DNA of 64,000 bases from Anaerolineales bacterium. GTDB taxonomy: Bacteria > Chloroflexota > Anaerolineae > Anaerolineales > E44-bin32. Where the stretch lies: the NCBI GenBank assembly GCA_034417075.1, contig DAOULU010000006.1, positions 74,283-138,282 of the forward strand, given 5' to 3'. This document shows positions 1 to 8,767 of this stretch, piece by piece (the stretch's first letter is position 1; every line of letters begins with the position of its first letter). Position numbers and translations under genes: made by a program. The notes below the pieces were generated by a model. The model saw only the letters and a list, made by a program, of their open reading frames with translations, was not told the origin of the DNA and searched no databases.

Positions 1-488
1 CTGGTAGGTTCGTCCAGGAAGAGCAGCCTGGGTTGGTGAATGATGGCGGTCGCCAGGGCCAACCGCTGCCGCCATCCGATGGGCAGCGATCCGGCGCGTT
101 CCCCCGCCATGTCGTTCAAACCCAAGCGATCCAGCACCTCACGTAGGCGTGCAGGGTCATGCATACCGTATACACCGGCGTAAAATGTGAGATTTTCCAG
201 TGCCGTCAGCTCGTCATACAGGGCGAATTTCTGCGACATGTATCCCACCCGGGCTCGGATGGCTTCCGCTTCGCAACGCGAATCAAAGCCCAATACCTTC
301 GCCCAGCCACCGCTCGGCAACAACAGTCCCAATAACATGCGTATCGTGGTCGTTTTTCCGGCGCCGTTAGGACCCAAATAACCCACCACTTCGCCTCGCA
401 GCACCTTGAACGACACCCTGTCGACGGCGATGAATTCACCGAACTGCTTGCTAAGTTCCTCTGTCTGGACAACGACATCATCAGTCAT
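1..488 (-). CDS. ABC transporter ATP-binding protein (partial; C-terminus runs off the left edge)
   Basis: Not in the ORF track because there is no stop in the window. Manual minus-strand translation from the ATG at 488 gives MTDDVVVQTEELSKQFGEFIAVDRVSFKVLRGEVVGYLGPNGAGKTT (Walker A) and LLFLDEPT (Walker B) at nt 1-30. The start overlaps the stop of the upstream ATPase gene by 8 nt. Confidence 0.85.
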   Translation of the reverse strand, partial: MTDDVVVQTEELSKQFGEFIAVDRVSFKVLRGEVVGYLGPNGAGKTTTIRMLLGLLLPSGGWAKVLGFDSRCEAEAIRARVGYMSQKFALYDELTALENLTFYAGVYGMHDPARLREVLDRLGLNDMAGERAGSLPIGWRQRLALATAIIHQPRLLFLDEPT

Positions 489-1422
489 CGGCGTTATCAT
501 CCTGGGCCAGTAATTCGATGAAGACATCCTCCAAGCCGGGAGGTGTTTCGGTCAGCCGCGTAACTGTACCCCCCATTTTCTCTATGCCGGATTTCAAGCG
601 TTGGATCACGCTCCCGTTCTCGCCGGGTTTCACGCGGATGTGCCAGCGGTCTCCAAAAGCGCGCACGCCTTCGATCTGCGGGACGTCTCCTGCCACGCGT
701 TCGACGATCCGTTTGGGGCCGCCGTACAAGGCGAGGATGCGTCCCTCCAACCGCTGCGTAATTTCCCCCGGCGACCCTTCCAGCAAGAGCCTCCCGCTCG
801 AAAGAAACCCGACTTTGCTACAGCGGGAGGCTTCGTCCATGTAGGGCGTGCTGATCAACACGGCGACGCCATCGCGCAGCAGTTCGATCAGCAGTTGCCA
901 GAACACCTGCCGGGTGAGCGCATCGACCCCGCCGGTGGGTTCGTCGAGCAGTAGCATTCGCGGTTTGTGAACCAACGCCGCCGCCAATCCAAGCTTCTGT
1001 TTCATTCCGCCGGAGAGCGCATCTGCCCTTCGATCCACGAAATCTTTCAAACCCACGAATTCTAGGATTTCTTCGCAGCGTGGGCGCCATTCGGCATGCG
1101 AAATCCCGCGCACCTCGGCGAAGAAACGCAGATTCTCCAACACGGTCAAATCCCCGTATAAACTAAAACGCTGCGGTAAATAGCCGATCTGCGCCCTTGC
1201 CCGCTCCGTCTGCTCCCACAAGTCGATCCCGGCCAGCTTGATCGAACCGGAGTCGGTGGTGTATGCGCCGCACAACAAGCGCATGGTGGTTTTCTTTCCA
1301 GCGCCATCCGGGCCGACCAGGGCATAAATCTCACCCGCATGCACGCGTAAAGAGACACCGTTCACGGCGGTGCGCGCAGCGAAGCTCTTACGCAGATCAT
1401 CGGCCTGGATCAAAGTCTCCAA
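481..1422 (-). CDS. ABC transporter ATP-binding protein
   Basis: 313-aa ORF with Walker A GPDGAGKKT, signature LSGGMKQK and Walker B LLLDEPT. Confidence 0.9.
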   Translation of the reverse strand: METLIQADDLRKSFAARTAVNGVSLRVHAGEIYALVGPDGAGKKTTMRLLCGAYTTDSGSIKLAGIDLWEQTERARAQIGYLPQRFSLYGDLTVLENLRFFAEVRGISHAEWRPRCEEILEFVGLKDFVDRRADALSGGMKQKLGLAAALVHKPRMLLLDEPTGGVDALTRQVFWQLLIELLRDGVAVLISTPYMDEASRCSKVGFLSSGRLLLEGSPGEITQRLEGRILALYGGPKRIVERVAGDVPQIEGVRAFGDRWHIRVKPGENGSVIQRLKSGIEKMGGTVTRLTETPPGLEDVFIELLAQDDNADD

Positions 1423-1481
1423 CGAACGTCCTCCTCACACTTCCCCGAGGTCGATGAAGGCCCTCGCTTGCCCAAGGTTTC

Positions 1482-2828
1482 TCATTCGACGAACTCCACA
1501 TCAGCTGGCATGCCTGGCTTCAAGCGGCCAGTAGGATCGTTCAACTCCAGTTCGATGGCGAAAACCGTCACCCGGCGCCCCTCCTCGGTCTGCACGTTTC
1601 GCGGGGTAAATTCCGCCCGATCGGCAATGCGCGTCACTGTGGCATTGAAGGTCTCATCGGGAAACGAGTCGACGGTAACGATTGCCGCCTGCCCCAGATG
1701 GATCTGCCCGTATCGATCTTCCTGGACGAAAACCGTGATGGTTAGGTCATCCAATTGAGCGAGAGTCAAGGCGACTGCACCGGGCTGGAGCACTTCTCCA
1801 GGCTCTACGTTGCGCGTGACCACGACGCCCGTGATCGGAGCGGACACCTCCATTTTCCCCAACTGCAGATCGATCACGTCCAGCTCGGCCTGCGCCTGAG
1901 ACAATCCGGCTTTCGCCTGATCGACAGCCGCCTGGGCCTGATCGAGATTCCGTTCGGCGATCTGCACCTGAAGCGCGTAATCTCCGCTCTGCAATACCGC
2001 CAGACGGTCGCGTGTCGAGTCGTAGCGCTCCTGGGCGACGGCCAACCGCGCCCGCGCTTCGAGAACGTCCTCGGCGTCCTTTTCGGATAGCAATTGATCG
2101 TAATCCGATTGCGCCGCTTCGAGTTCGGCCTTCGCGGCATCGTACCGATCCTCGGCGTATTGTTCGAGATCCGCATCGTCGCGGGCACGACGCGCACGAT
2201 CCAGGACCTCGTCCGCGATCGTGAAGCTGATCCGCGCATCAGCAAGGCGGTCTGCGGCCTGTTGCAGATCTTCCATGGCGGAATCTTTGAGCAACGTATC
2301 GAAGCGCGATTGTTCGTCCTGCAGCGCCGCCTGGGCGGAGTCGACCTCTTTTTGGGCGGCGGAAATTTCGTCCGACCGGTCAAAATACCAGATCGGCAGT
2401 TCAAACTCCGACGGCATTGTGGTCTGCCAGCGATCCTCGCGGTTGGTCTGATCGGTCTGACGCTGCGTGCGGCGCGTGAGATCGGCCTGCAGTGTCAGTA
2501 GATTCAGGTTGATCTGCGCGCTGTTGAGGGTCGCCTGGGCCGTTTGGACTGCCGCCGCCGCCCGTTGTCTCTGTGCCTGCAGTAGTTCGTCATCGAGACT
2601 GAAGAGCAAATCGCCCAATTCGACGTGATCCCCTTCATCAACGAGCACCGTATCGATGCGCCCCGCCACTTCCGAGGAGATCGTCACCTCCAGCGCTTCG
2701 ACCGTACCGGAGGCCCGGAGGCCCACTTCCGTCTCCTGCGAGACGTTGGCGAGATATACGATCGAGATCACGATCAATAACGGGATCAGCAGTAAAAGAA
2801 CCGCTCTGCGGATACGTTCAACTGTCAT
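1482..2828 (-). CDS. HlyD-family periplasmic adaptor / membrane-fusion protein
   Basis: N-terminal TM anchor, long Ala/Gln/Asp-rich coiled coil and a C-terminal beta-barrel-like region (APITGVVVTRNVEPGEV). I prefer the ATG at 2828 (MTVERIRR), which has a GGGAGG RBS 6 nt upstream, over the track start at 2846. Confidence 0.8.
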   Translation of the reverse strand: MTVERIRRAVLLLLIPLLIVISIVYLANVSQETEVGLRASGTVEALEVTISSEVAGRIDTVLVDEGDHVELGDLLFSLDDELLQAQRQRAAAAVQTAQATLNSAQINLNLLTLQADLTRRTQRQTDQTNREDRWQTTMPSEFELPIWYFDRSDEISAAQKEVDSAQAALQDEQSRFDTLLKDSAMEDLQQAADRLADARISFTIADEVLDRARRARDDADLEQYAEDRYDAAKAELEAAQSDYDQLLSEKDAEDVLEARARLAVAQERYDSTRDRLAVLQSGDYALQVQIAERNLDQAQAAVDQAKAGLSQAQAELDVIDLQLGKMEVSAPITGVVVTRNVEPGEVLQPGAVALTLAQLDDLTITVFVQEDRYGQIHLGQAAIVTVDSFPDETFNATVTRIADRAEFTPRNVQTEEGRRVTVFAIELELNDPTGRLKPGMPADVEFVE

Positions 2829-2895
2829 GCTAACCTCCCAGTCCAACCGCTTTCCCTTCCAGCGGATGGAAAACGTTCAAGACGGAAACACGCCC

Positions 2896-4029
2896 TCAAT
2901 CGAGGCGTTTACGAAAACGCAGGGCCGCCAGGGTCATCATCACCCCACCAAAGAGAACGAGGGCCAAAATTTCATCCTGCAAGGCATCTATTCCCACGCC
3001 CTTGATTAACAAAGAACGGATGACGACCAGGTAATAGCGCAGCGGAATGATCGTCGATATCCACTGCAGCACCTTTGGCATGGCTTCGATGGGGAAGAAA
3101 AAGCCCGAGAGGAAAATGCTTGGCAGGTAGGTGAAAAATGCACCGAGCATCGCCTCCTGCTGCGTGTTCGATATGGTCGAAACCAGCAGCCCTACGCCCA
3201 ACCCTGAGAGCAGGAAAAGGCCGGAAAGGAGCAGGATGAGGCTCAGATTGCTGCGGATGGGGACGTGGAAGAGCAGGGACCCGATCGCCAGAACCTCCAG
3301 GGTGTTGATTAACGCCAGAAACACGTACGGCAGGATTTTTCCGACGACCAGCTCCCAGGGCCGGATGGGCGTTACGATGAGCTGCTCGATCGTGCCGCGC
3401 TCGCGCTCGCGCACGACGGCCGTGGCGGTGAGAGTGGACGTTAACGCATACAGGATCGTGCCGATCACCCCGGGCACCATGAAATAGGCATCGATCATGT
3501 CCGGGTTGTACCAGACTTGCGTATGCAGTTCCAACGGGGTTTCCGGCACTGCGGAGATGCTGAAGCGTGCGCTCTGGTCCAGCAGCACCTGCGTTGCGTA
3601 CGCCTGGGCGATCAATTTGGCCGCAGAGAGCGACGTCGAAGCGATCGTCGGATCGCTTCCGTCGAGGACGAAGACCGCGTTCGCCGAACCTTCCCCCGTC
3701 AAACGCCGGCTGTAATCCGGCGGGATGATCAGACCCACTTTGGCATCGCCATCATCGATCGTCTCCCGCAATTCGTCCTCGGAATCGACCTCAAGCACAA
3801 TCTGGAAGTAATCTGCAGCGCGGTAGGCGTCCAGCAATTTCCTGGCCGAGGCGCCGCGATCTTGATCCAGAACCGCCATGGGGATGTTGCGCACGTCGGT
3901 CGTGGCGGCGTATCCCATGAGCAGGATTTGCGTGACCGGTATGGCGATGACCAGCAGTAACGTGCGCGGATCGCGCCAGATTTGAATGAATTCTTTCCGG
4001 ATTAGCGACATCAAACGATTGTTAACCAT
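2896..4029 (-). CDS. ABC-2 type transporter permease
   Basis: 377 aa. It has an N-terminal TM, a large extracytoplasmic loop, then 5 C-terminal TM helices typical of the ABC-2/YhhJ family. It is co-oriented with the HlyD and ATPase genes. Confidence 0.85.
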   Translation of the reverse strand: MVNNRLMSLIRKEFIQIWRDPRTLLLVIAIPVTQILLMGYAATTDVRNIPMAVLDQDRGASARKLLDAYRAADYFQIVLEVDSEDELRETIDDGDAKVGLIIPPDYSRRLTGEGSANAVFVLDGSDPTIASTSLSAAKLIAQAYATQVLLDQSARFSISAVPETPLELHTQVWYNPDMIDAYFMVPGVIGTILYALTSTLTATAVVRERERGTIEQLIVTPIRPWELVVGKILPYVFLALINTLEVLAIGSLLFHVPIRSNLSLILLLSGLFLLSGLGVGLLVSTISNTQQEAMLGAFFTYLPSIFLSGFFFPIEAMPKVLQWISTIIPLRYYLVVIRSLLIKGVGIDALQDEILALVLFGGVMMTLAALRFRKRLD

Positions 4030-4234
4030 GTTTGTCCTGCCCCATCAGACCTCGGTAAAAAAATCAACGTGTCGTAGATCCAACATCCGATGCGTTCGTC
4101 GGACTGGCAAGCGAATACTCCGGACCAAGAAACAACTCGTTGCAAATCAGTATTCCGGACGGAACCAGCGTACAGAACCTGACAGCGACCACCAGGATCA
4201 ATAAAACCCATTTCAGGATCTCGATGACCCTCAC

Positions 4235-4855
4235 TCAAGCCTCCGTGACGATTCCGTGTAGGAAGATATCGACTGTATAGTTCAAGACATCGGCACGCAT
4301 TTCGACCGGAAATCCTTCCCCGAGGAATCTCTCCATTAGGAAGTAGGCATAGAAATTTGCCAGGAAGACGCGCACGATGATCGGGATCGGGATCGGGCGG
4401 ATGTTGTCCTTCATCGCGGCAAAATTCTGCACGATGCTCAATACCTGCGGAATGAAGTGTGACATTAAATCGGGAAAGTGCTGGCTTTTGAACTCCACGA
4501 TCTCGATCAGCATCAGGTTGAGGAAATCCGGGCGTCGATCCAGCACGGAGACCATGCTCTCCGCTACGTGTTTCACGAATGCTTCCACCGTATCGCCTGT
4601 TGCGGCGCGAACAATGGGCACGATCTCGTGGTAGGGATGGAATTTCTCCAAGACCTTTAAGAAGATGTCTTCTTTACTGTCGAAATGATTGTAGATGCCG
4701 CTCAAGGCGATGTCGGCTTCCTGGGCGATCTGCCGCATGGAGGTGCCGTGATAGCCCTGCTGTTCGAACAGACGGCGAGCGACTTCGACAATGCGGGTAC
4801 TGGTTTGCTCTCCCTTGGGGATTGTCATCCTATGCCAGCCATTTCCATTCTGCAA
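4235..4855 (-). CDS. TetR/AcrR family transcriptional regulator
   Basis: N-terminal TetR HTH (RIVEVARRLFEQQGYHGTSMRQIAQEADIALSGIYNHFDSKEDIF). It is the first gene of the exporter operon. The true start may be the internal MTIPKGE at 4828. Confidence 0.85.
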   Translation of the reverse strand: MQNGNGWHRMTIPKGEQTSTRIVEVARRLFEQQGYHGTSMRQIAQEADIALSGIYNHFDSKEDIFLKVLEKFHPYHEIVPIVRAATGDTVEAFVKHVAESMVSVLDRRPDFLNLMLIEIVEFKSQHFPDLMSHFIPQVLSIVQNFAAMKDNIRPIPIPIIVRVFLANFYAYFLMERFLGEGFPVEMRADVLNYTVDIFLHGIVTEA

Positions 4856-4859
4856 AATG

Positions 4860-4873
4860 AACGAACGTTCGTT
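4860..4873. promoter_or_regulatory. Perfect 14-bp palindrome AACGAACGTTCGTT, candidate TetR operator
   Basis: Read directly from the sequence. It lies 5-45 nt upstream of the TetR start codons in the divergent promoter region 4856-4968. Confidence 0.4.
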
Positions 4874-4968
4874 TTTATTCTATTCAATATGAATATTCCT
4901 GTCAAGGGCACCTACGAATTCTTAGAAAGATAGATCGACTTTCGTTGTATAAATAAGGAAAACGAGAA

Positions 4969-5424
4969 ATGATATGGATGCTCCGGGTAGATGAAGGATG
5001 TCGTTCCATGTCGATCGAGACTTCGCGTGATCCAAGCCGGGATCTAACGATCCACGTCGTGAGCGGTCTGACGTCTACGGATGATATGATCGCGGCCTTG
5101 GAAAAATTTTACAGCCAGGGATCAACCTTACTCACCCTCTGGGACATGTCTCAATCTGAGCTTTCCCAAATCACATCGGGAGGAATTCAAGAATTTATCA
5201 AGCGCGCTGCTGAACTCGGCATCGAGCGAAAAGGCGGACGAACCGCTGTCGTTGCCACAGAAGACCTGCAGTACGGCCTGGGAAGGATGGCAGAATCGTT
5301 TGCCCTATTCGAAAAGTTGCCATTTCGTATGAGGCTCTTCCGCGCGCGTGAGGAGGCAATGACCTGGCTGTTTTCGGAATGTAAAGCCAGACACTCAACT
5401 CGGTTTGACTCTGTGCTCCGATAA
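4969..5424 (+). CDS. hypothetical protein (small alpha/beta, STAS/SpoIIAA-like impression only)
   Basis: 151-aa ORF with protein-like composition. An alternative start at 5008 (MSIETS) has a GAAGGA RBS. I recognise no family motif. Confidence 0.5.
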   Translation: MIWMLRVDEGCRSMSIETSRDPSRDLTIHVVSGLTSTDDMIAALEKFYSQGSTLLTLWDMSQSELSQITSGGIQEFIKRAAELGIERKGGRTAVVATEDLQYGLGRMAESFALFEKLPFRMRLFRAREEAMTWLFSECKARHSTRFDSVLR

Positions 5425-5518
5425 CCCATCGGACTGCTGGAAAAATATCCAAGAAATTTCGAACGAGAGGCAGACCGTTTTCAGGATCGGCACGATTCTC
5501 CAACCGATGTTGTCGGAA

Positions 5519-6421
5519 TCAAGCGCGACGACCGGACGTATCCCCGTTGCACACCAGAACGATCTCACCCATTGCACAGCCCAAATCTGTAGCAATCACC
5601 GGACATTTTGCCATAAACATGAAATATACCGGACGGCGTTCGTCCGACAAGGTCTCGTAATTTCCCTGCCCCTTGCTGATCACCAGATCGGCCTGCTCGA
5701 ACAGATCGATAAACGCCTGCGAACACGACGGAAGAATTGTCCCCGGCGCTTCCGAACCACTCGAAATGATTTCCGCAATTCGATCTATTCCAGCCGCAAT
5801 CGCATCTTCTTTCGTGGCGTCGTTGATGATCGGTCTTTCCCGCACCGCGTACAGGATTTCTTTTGCGGGATCGATGCGCTTGATTTCTTCCATGAGCACG
5901 CGGTCGAAAACCGTCTCGCCAACGTTGTCGCCAATGTAGAGAACGGTCCTGGCCCTATCGAGTGCTCCCCGGAAAGATCGATAGTCGAAGACGGACTCCC
6001 TCTCTGCCGCGATTGTCTTCTGTTCCTTCTGCAGGATTTTCCCGAGCTCGTTTTCCAAATCGAGAAAATTCTCGGTGCCGTAGTCGATGATGTTTCCTGC
6101 GATGGCCAATTCGACCGCCATACGCAATGCATCGCACGCAGTCGCGGTCTTTTGCTTCAGGTCCGGGTAGATCGCCAACGTATGTTCTGTCGCTCTTTCC
6201 TTCAGCTTGTGATAGGGATCGGGTTTGCCGGTCATCCGTTTGACGATGTCGTAAATCGTCTTTGCCATCTCAGGTGGCGTAGACGATAAGCGGAAACCCG
6301 GAATGGATCTTGCGACCTCATCGAGGATTTTCTTTTGGGTTTGCTCGTCCGCACCGGTTATTTTGGCAGCTTCAAGCGCCTGCCGGAAAAAGCACGGTAT
6401 ACATTCAAGATAGGTTTTCAT
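5519..6421 (-). CDS. DUF89 / ARMT1-like damage-control phosphatase family protein
   Basis: 300 aa. The N-terminal ECIPCFFRQ motif, LYIGDNVGETVFD, PIINDAT and KGQGNYETL are colinear with characterised DUF89 proteins. Confidence 0.85.
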   Translation of the reverse strand: MKTYLECIPCFFRQALEAAKITGADEQTQKKILDEVARSIPGFRLSSTPPEMAKTIYDIVKRMTGKPDPYHKLKERATEHTLAIYPDLKQKTATACDALRMAVELAIAGNIIDYGTENFLDLENELGKILQKEQKTIAAERESVFDYRSFRGALDRARTVLYIGDNVGETVFDRVLMEEIKRIDPAKEILYAVRERPIINDATKEDAIAAGIDRIAEIISSGSEAPGTILPSCSQAFIDLFEQADLVISKGQGNYETLSDERRPVYFMFMAKCPVIATDLGCAMGEIVLVCNGDTSGRRA

Positions 6422-6765
6422 GTCACCGACCGATTATAATCAACCCCGTTTCCGAGGGTTTTTGATAAAGACGAAACAACTTGTGCCCAGGTTCGTTCCT
6501 GCGAGCAGGGTATCGACAGCGTCGTGCTTGCTCGTTTGGCTTTCGTTAAATCCACACGCGACAAGTTGGAACGATGCCGCCCATCATATCGGAGTTGAGT
6601 CCCGCAAAAGGGAAATATCGATTGAAGGATAACCGATCGGCTCTCAGGAAAACACAAATGAGACGACAAGCAACATTATCGTATGACAAGTGCAGCCGAT
6701 TACGACGCGAGTTGAGATGATCTTCCTCCGACGATTTTGTCAGTGCGGCTGCACGTCCTCTTCCT

Positions 6766-6963
6766 TCATTCCTTGGAGATCTGGCGTAGTAAACCCAGTA
6801 AGGCCATGCCGATCTTCATCCCCTCGCTGGTGCCGAGCTTTGGCCGTTCTCCCTGCTGATCAGCCCGCCGTACGAGCAGCGCGGCCATCCCCAAACCGGT
6901 TAACGCACCGATCAGACTGCCCAAAATCAGGGTTCGTGTTTTCCAATTTCCGTCTTCATTCAT
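6766..6963 (-). CDS. small membrane protein, hypothetical
   Basis: 65 aa from the ATG at 6963 (MNEDGNWKTRTLILGSLIGALTGLGMAALLV) with one TM helix. An ATGAATGA overlap with the stop of the upstream gene suggests coupling. Confidence 0.45.
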   Translation of the reverse strand: MNEDGNWKTRTLILGSLIGALTGLGMAALLVRRADQQGERPKLGTSEGMKIGMALLGLLRQISKE

Positions 6964-7327
6964 ACAGATTTCCCTCATCAGAACGAAAGATCGAAATCAC
7001 ACCGCGGAAGAAAGCCCGGATTCCCGCCCATGCGGACAAGGTGCTGATCATCGGTTTTACCGTAAAATCTCCGGTGCGCTTCGCCGCACTTTCGATCCGT
7101 TCCATAAACCGATCCGCTCTCCTGAACGGCGTTGGCAGCTTGTGGATCAGTTTTTCCGTCGCAAACACGGCGATTCCCAGGATCACCAAAGCCAACAGGC
7201 CGAGAAGCAGGAGCGGCAGCGCCAGACAAATCACGGACACGTCCGCCAATTCGCCGGGATTGCTGTCATCCGGCCAGAGAAAGATCGCAAGTCCCGCGAT
7301 CAACAGCACGCCGAATATCAACGGCAT
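6956..7327 (-). CDS. membrane protein, hypothetical
   Basis: I prefer the ATG at 7327 (MPLIFGVLLIAGLAIF) with an AGGAG RBS 7 nt upstream. It has two TM helices followed by a basic amphipathic tail. Confidence 0.5.
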   Translation of the reverse strand: MPLIFGVLLIAGLAIFLWPDDSNPGELADVSVICLALPLLLLGLLALVILGIAVFATEKLIHKLPTPFRRADRFMERIESAAKRTGDFTVKPMISTLSAWAGIRAFFRGVISIFRSDEGNLYE

Positions 7328-7567
7328 GTAGATCTCCTGACGGAATTTCCGCCGCGTTATCGGTCGTAATCCTACTGTCTCCTTGCGATGATCTCTCGAA
7401 TTCATCCCCATCCATTCTTTATCGTTATGCGCTATTGTAGCACGACCAGCACACGCTCAGGGATCTGCTTCTCAGATGCAATCCCATTCCCCATGCGCCG
7501 GTTCTGACCCACTGTTACAACGCTGCAGGTTGCGATAGAATTCTAACGCAGTAAGAAGGAGGAATAC

Positions 7568-8767
7568 ATGGCAGATTATTCCGGTAAAGGCCTCGTGGCG
7601 GCCGTAAAGACCTCCCCCGAGACCGTCTTAGAAGACATCGACAAGGTCATGCGCCTGGCGCATTTCGAATCCGCCTTACCTAAGGGCAACCGCACCGGTT
7701 TGAAGATCAACATCTCCTGGCAAACCTGGTATCCCGCTTGCTCCACCGAGCCCTGGCAGCTCGAAGGCGTCATCCAGACCTTGCGAGGCAGCGGATACGA
7801 TGATCTGGTCGGCGTACACAACGACACCGTGGTCGTCGATACACGCGTCGGAGAGTTCAACAACAAACATCGCTTTGTGACCGACAAACACAACGTGCCC
7901 TGCATCTACCTCTACGAAGAGAATTTCGAGTGGTTCGAGTATAAGCCCAAGAAACCCTTCCTCGTGCTCGACAAGGTCTATCCCGACGGGGTTTTTATTC
8001 CCAAGGCGCTCGTCGGCATGAACATCGTGCAGCTTCCGACGGTCAAAACTCACGTCTTCACCACCATCACCGGTGCCATGAAGAACGCCTTCGGCGGATT
8101 GCTGCATCGTAATCGCCACTGGACGCACGCCGTTATCCACGACACGCTCGTCGACCTACTCATGATCCAGCAGGACATTCACCCCGGCATATTCGCCATG
8201 ATGGACGGCACCTTCGCCGGCGACGGACCCGGTCCGCGCGCCATGCGTTGGCACGAAAAGGACATCCTGCTAGCATCTGCCGACCAGGTGGCCATCGACG
8301 CCGTGTCCGCCAAACTGCAAGGATTCGATCCCATGAAACTGCGCTTCATCCGCCGCGCCCACGAACTCGATCTAGGCGTCGGCGACCCTTCGCAAATCGA
8401 GATCGCTGGATACGACATCGAACAGGAAGAGCCCTGGGAGTTTGAGGAAGGCAACACCTTCGCCAGCCGCGGCCAAAAATTGATTTACCACGGACCGCTC
8501 AAGCCCTTCGAGAAAGTGCTCCTGCAAAGCCCGCTGGTGCCCTGGTCATACTTCGCCAGTAACTTCTACCACAACGTCTTTTGGTATCCCTTCATCGGGC
8601 GTAAACGCGTTACTGCCGCTCTGAAGACGCGCTGGGGACAGCTCTTCGAGCGCTACGGTGACGGCCAGGTGGTCATGCCCGGCATGGAACCGAAAACGGT
8701 CATCCAAGCGATCGTCGGCCTGGCCGGGTTGGCAGCCGTCGTCCTGGGCGTCCTCTTGCTGCGTTGA
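7568..8767 (+). CDS. DUF362 domain-containing protein with C-terminal TM anchor
   Basis: 399 aa with a strong RBS AAGGAGG. The motifs GLKINISW, VVQLPTVKTHVFTTITGAMKNAFG and MDGTFAGDGPGP are typical of DUF362. The C-terminal helix is IVGLAGLAAVVLGVLLL. Confidence 0.8.
   Translation: MADYSGKGLVAAVKTSPETVLEDIDKVMRLAHFESALPKGNRTGLKINISWQTWYPACSTEPWQLEGVIQTLRGSGYDDLVGVHNDTVVVDTRVGEFNNKHRFVTDKHNVPCIYLYEENFEWFEYKPKKPFLVLDKVYPDGVFIPKALVGMNIVQLPTVKTHVFTTITGAMKNAFGGLLHRNRHWTHAVIHDTLVDLLMIQQDIHPGIFAMMDGTFAGDGPGPRAMRWHEKDILLASADQVAIDAVSAKLQGFDPMKLRFIRRAHELDLGVGDPSQIEIAGYDIEQEEPWEFEEGNTFASRGQKLIYHGPLKPFEKVLLQSPLVPWSYFASNFYHNVFWYPFIGRKRVTAALKTRWGQLFERYGDGQVVMPGMEPKTVIQAIVGLAGLAAVVLGVLLLR

Noticed and set aside
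6600-6700. A CTGAGAG-containing stretch on the minus strand that briefly resembled a TPP riboswitch core.
   Set aside because: The ACCTGATCTGGATAATGCCAGCG-type second half and the pyrimidine-sensor helix are absent. The downstream gene (DUF89) is not thiamine-related.
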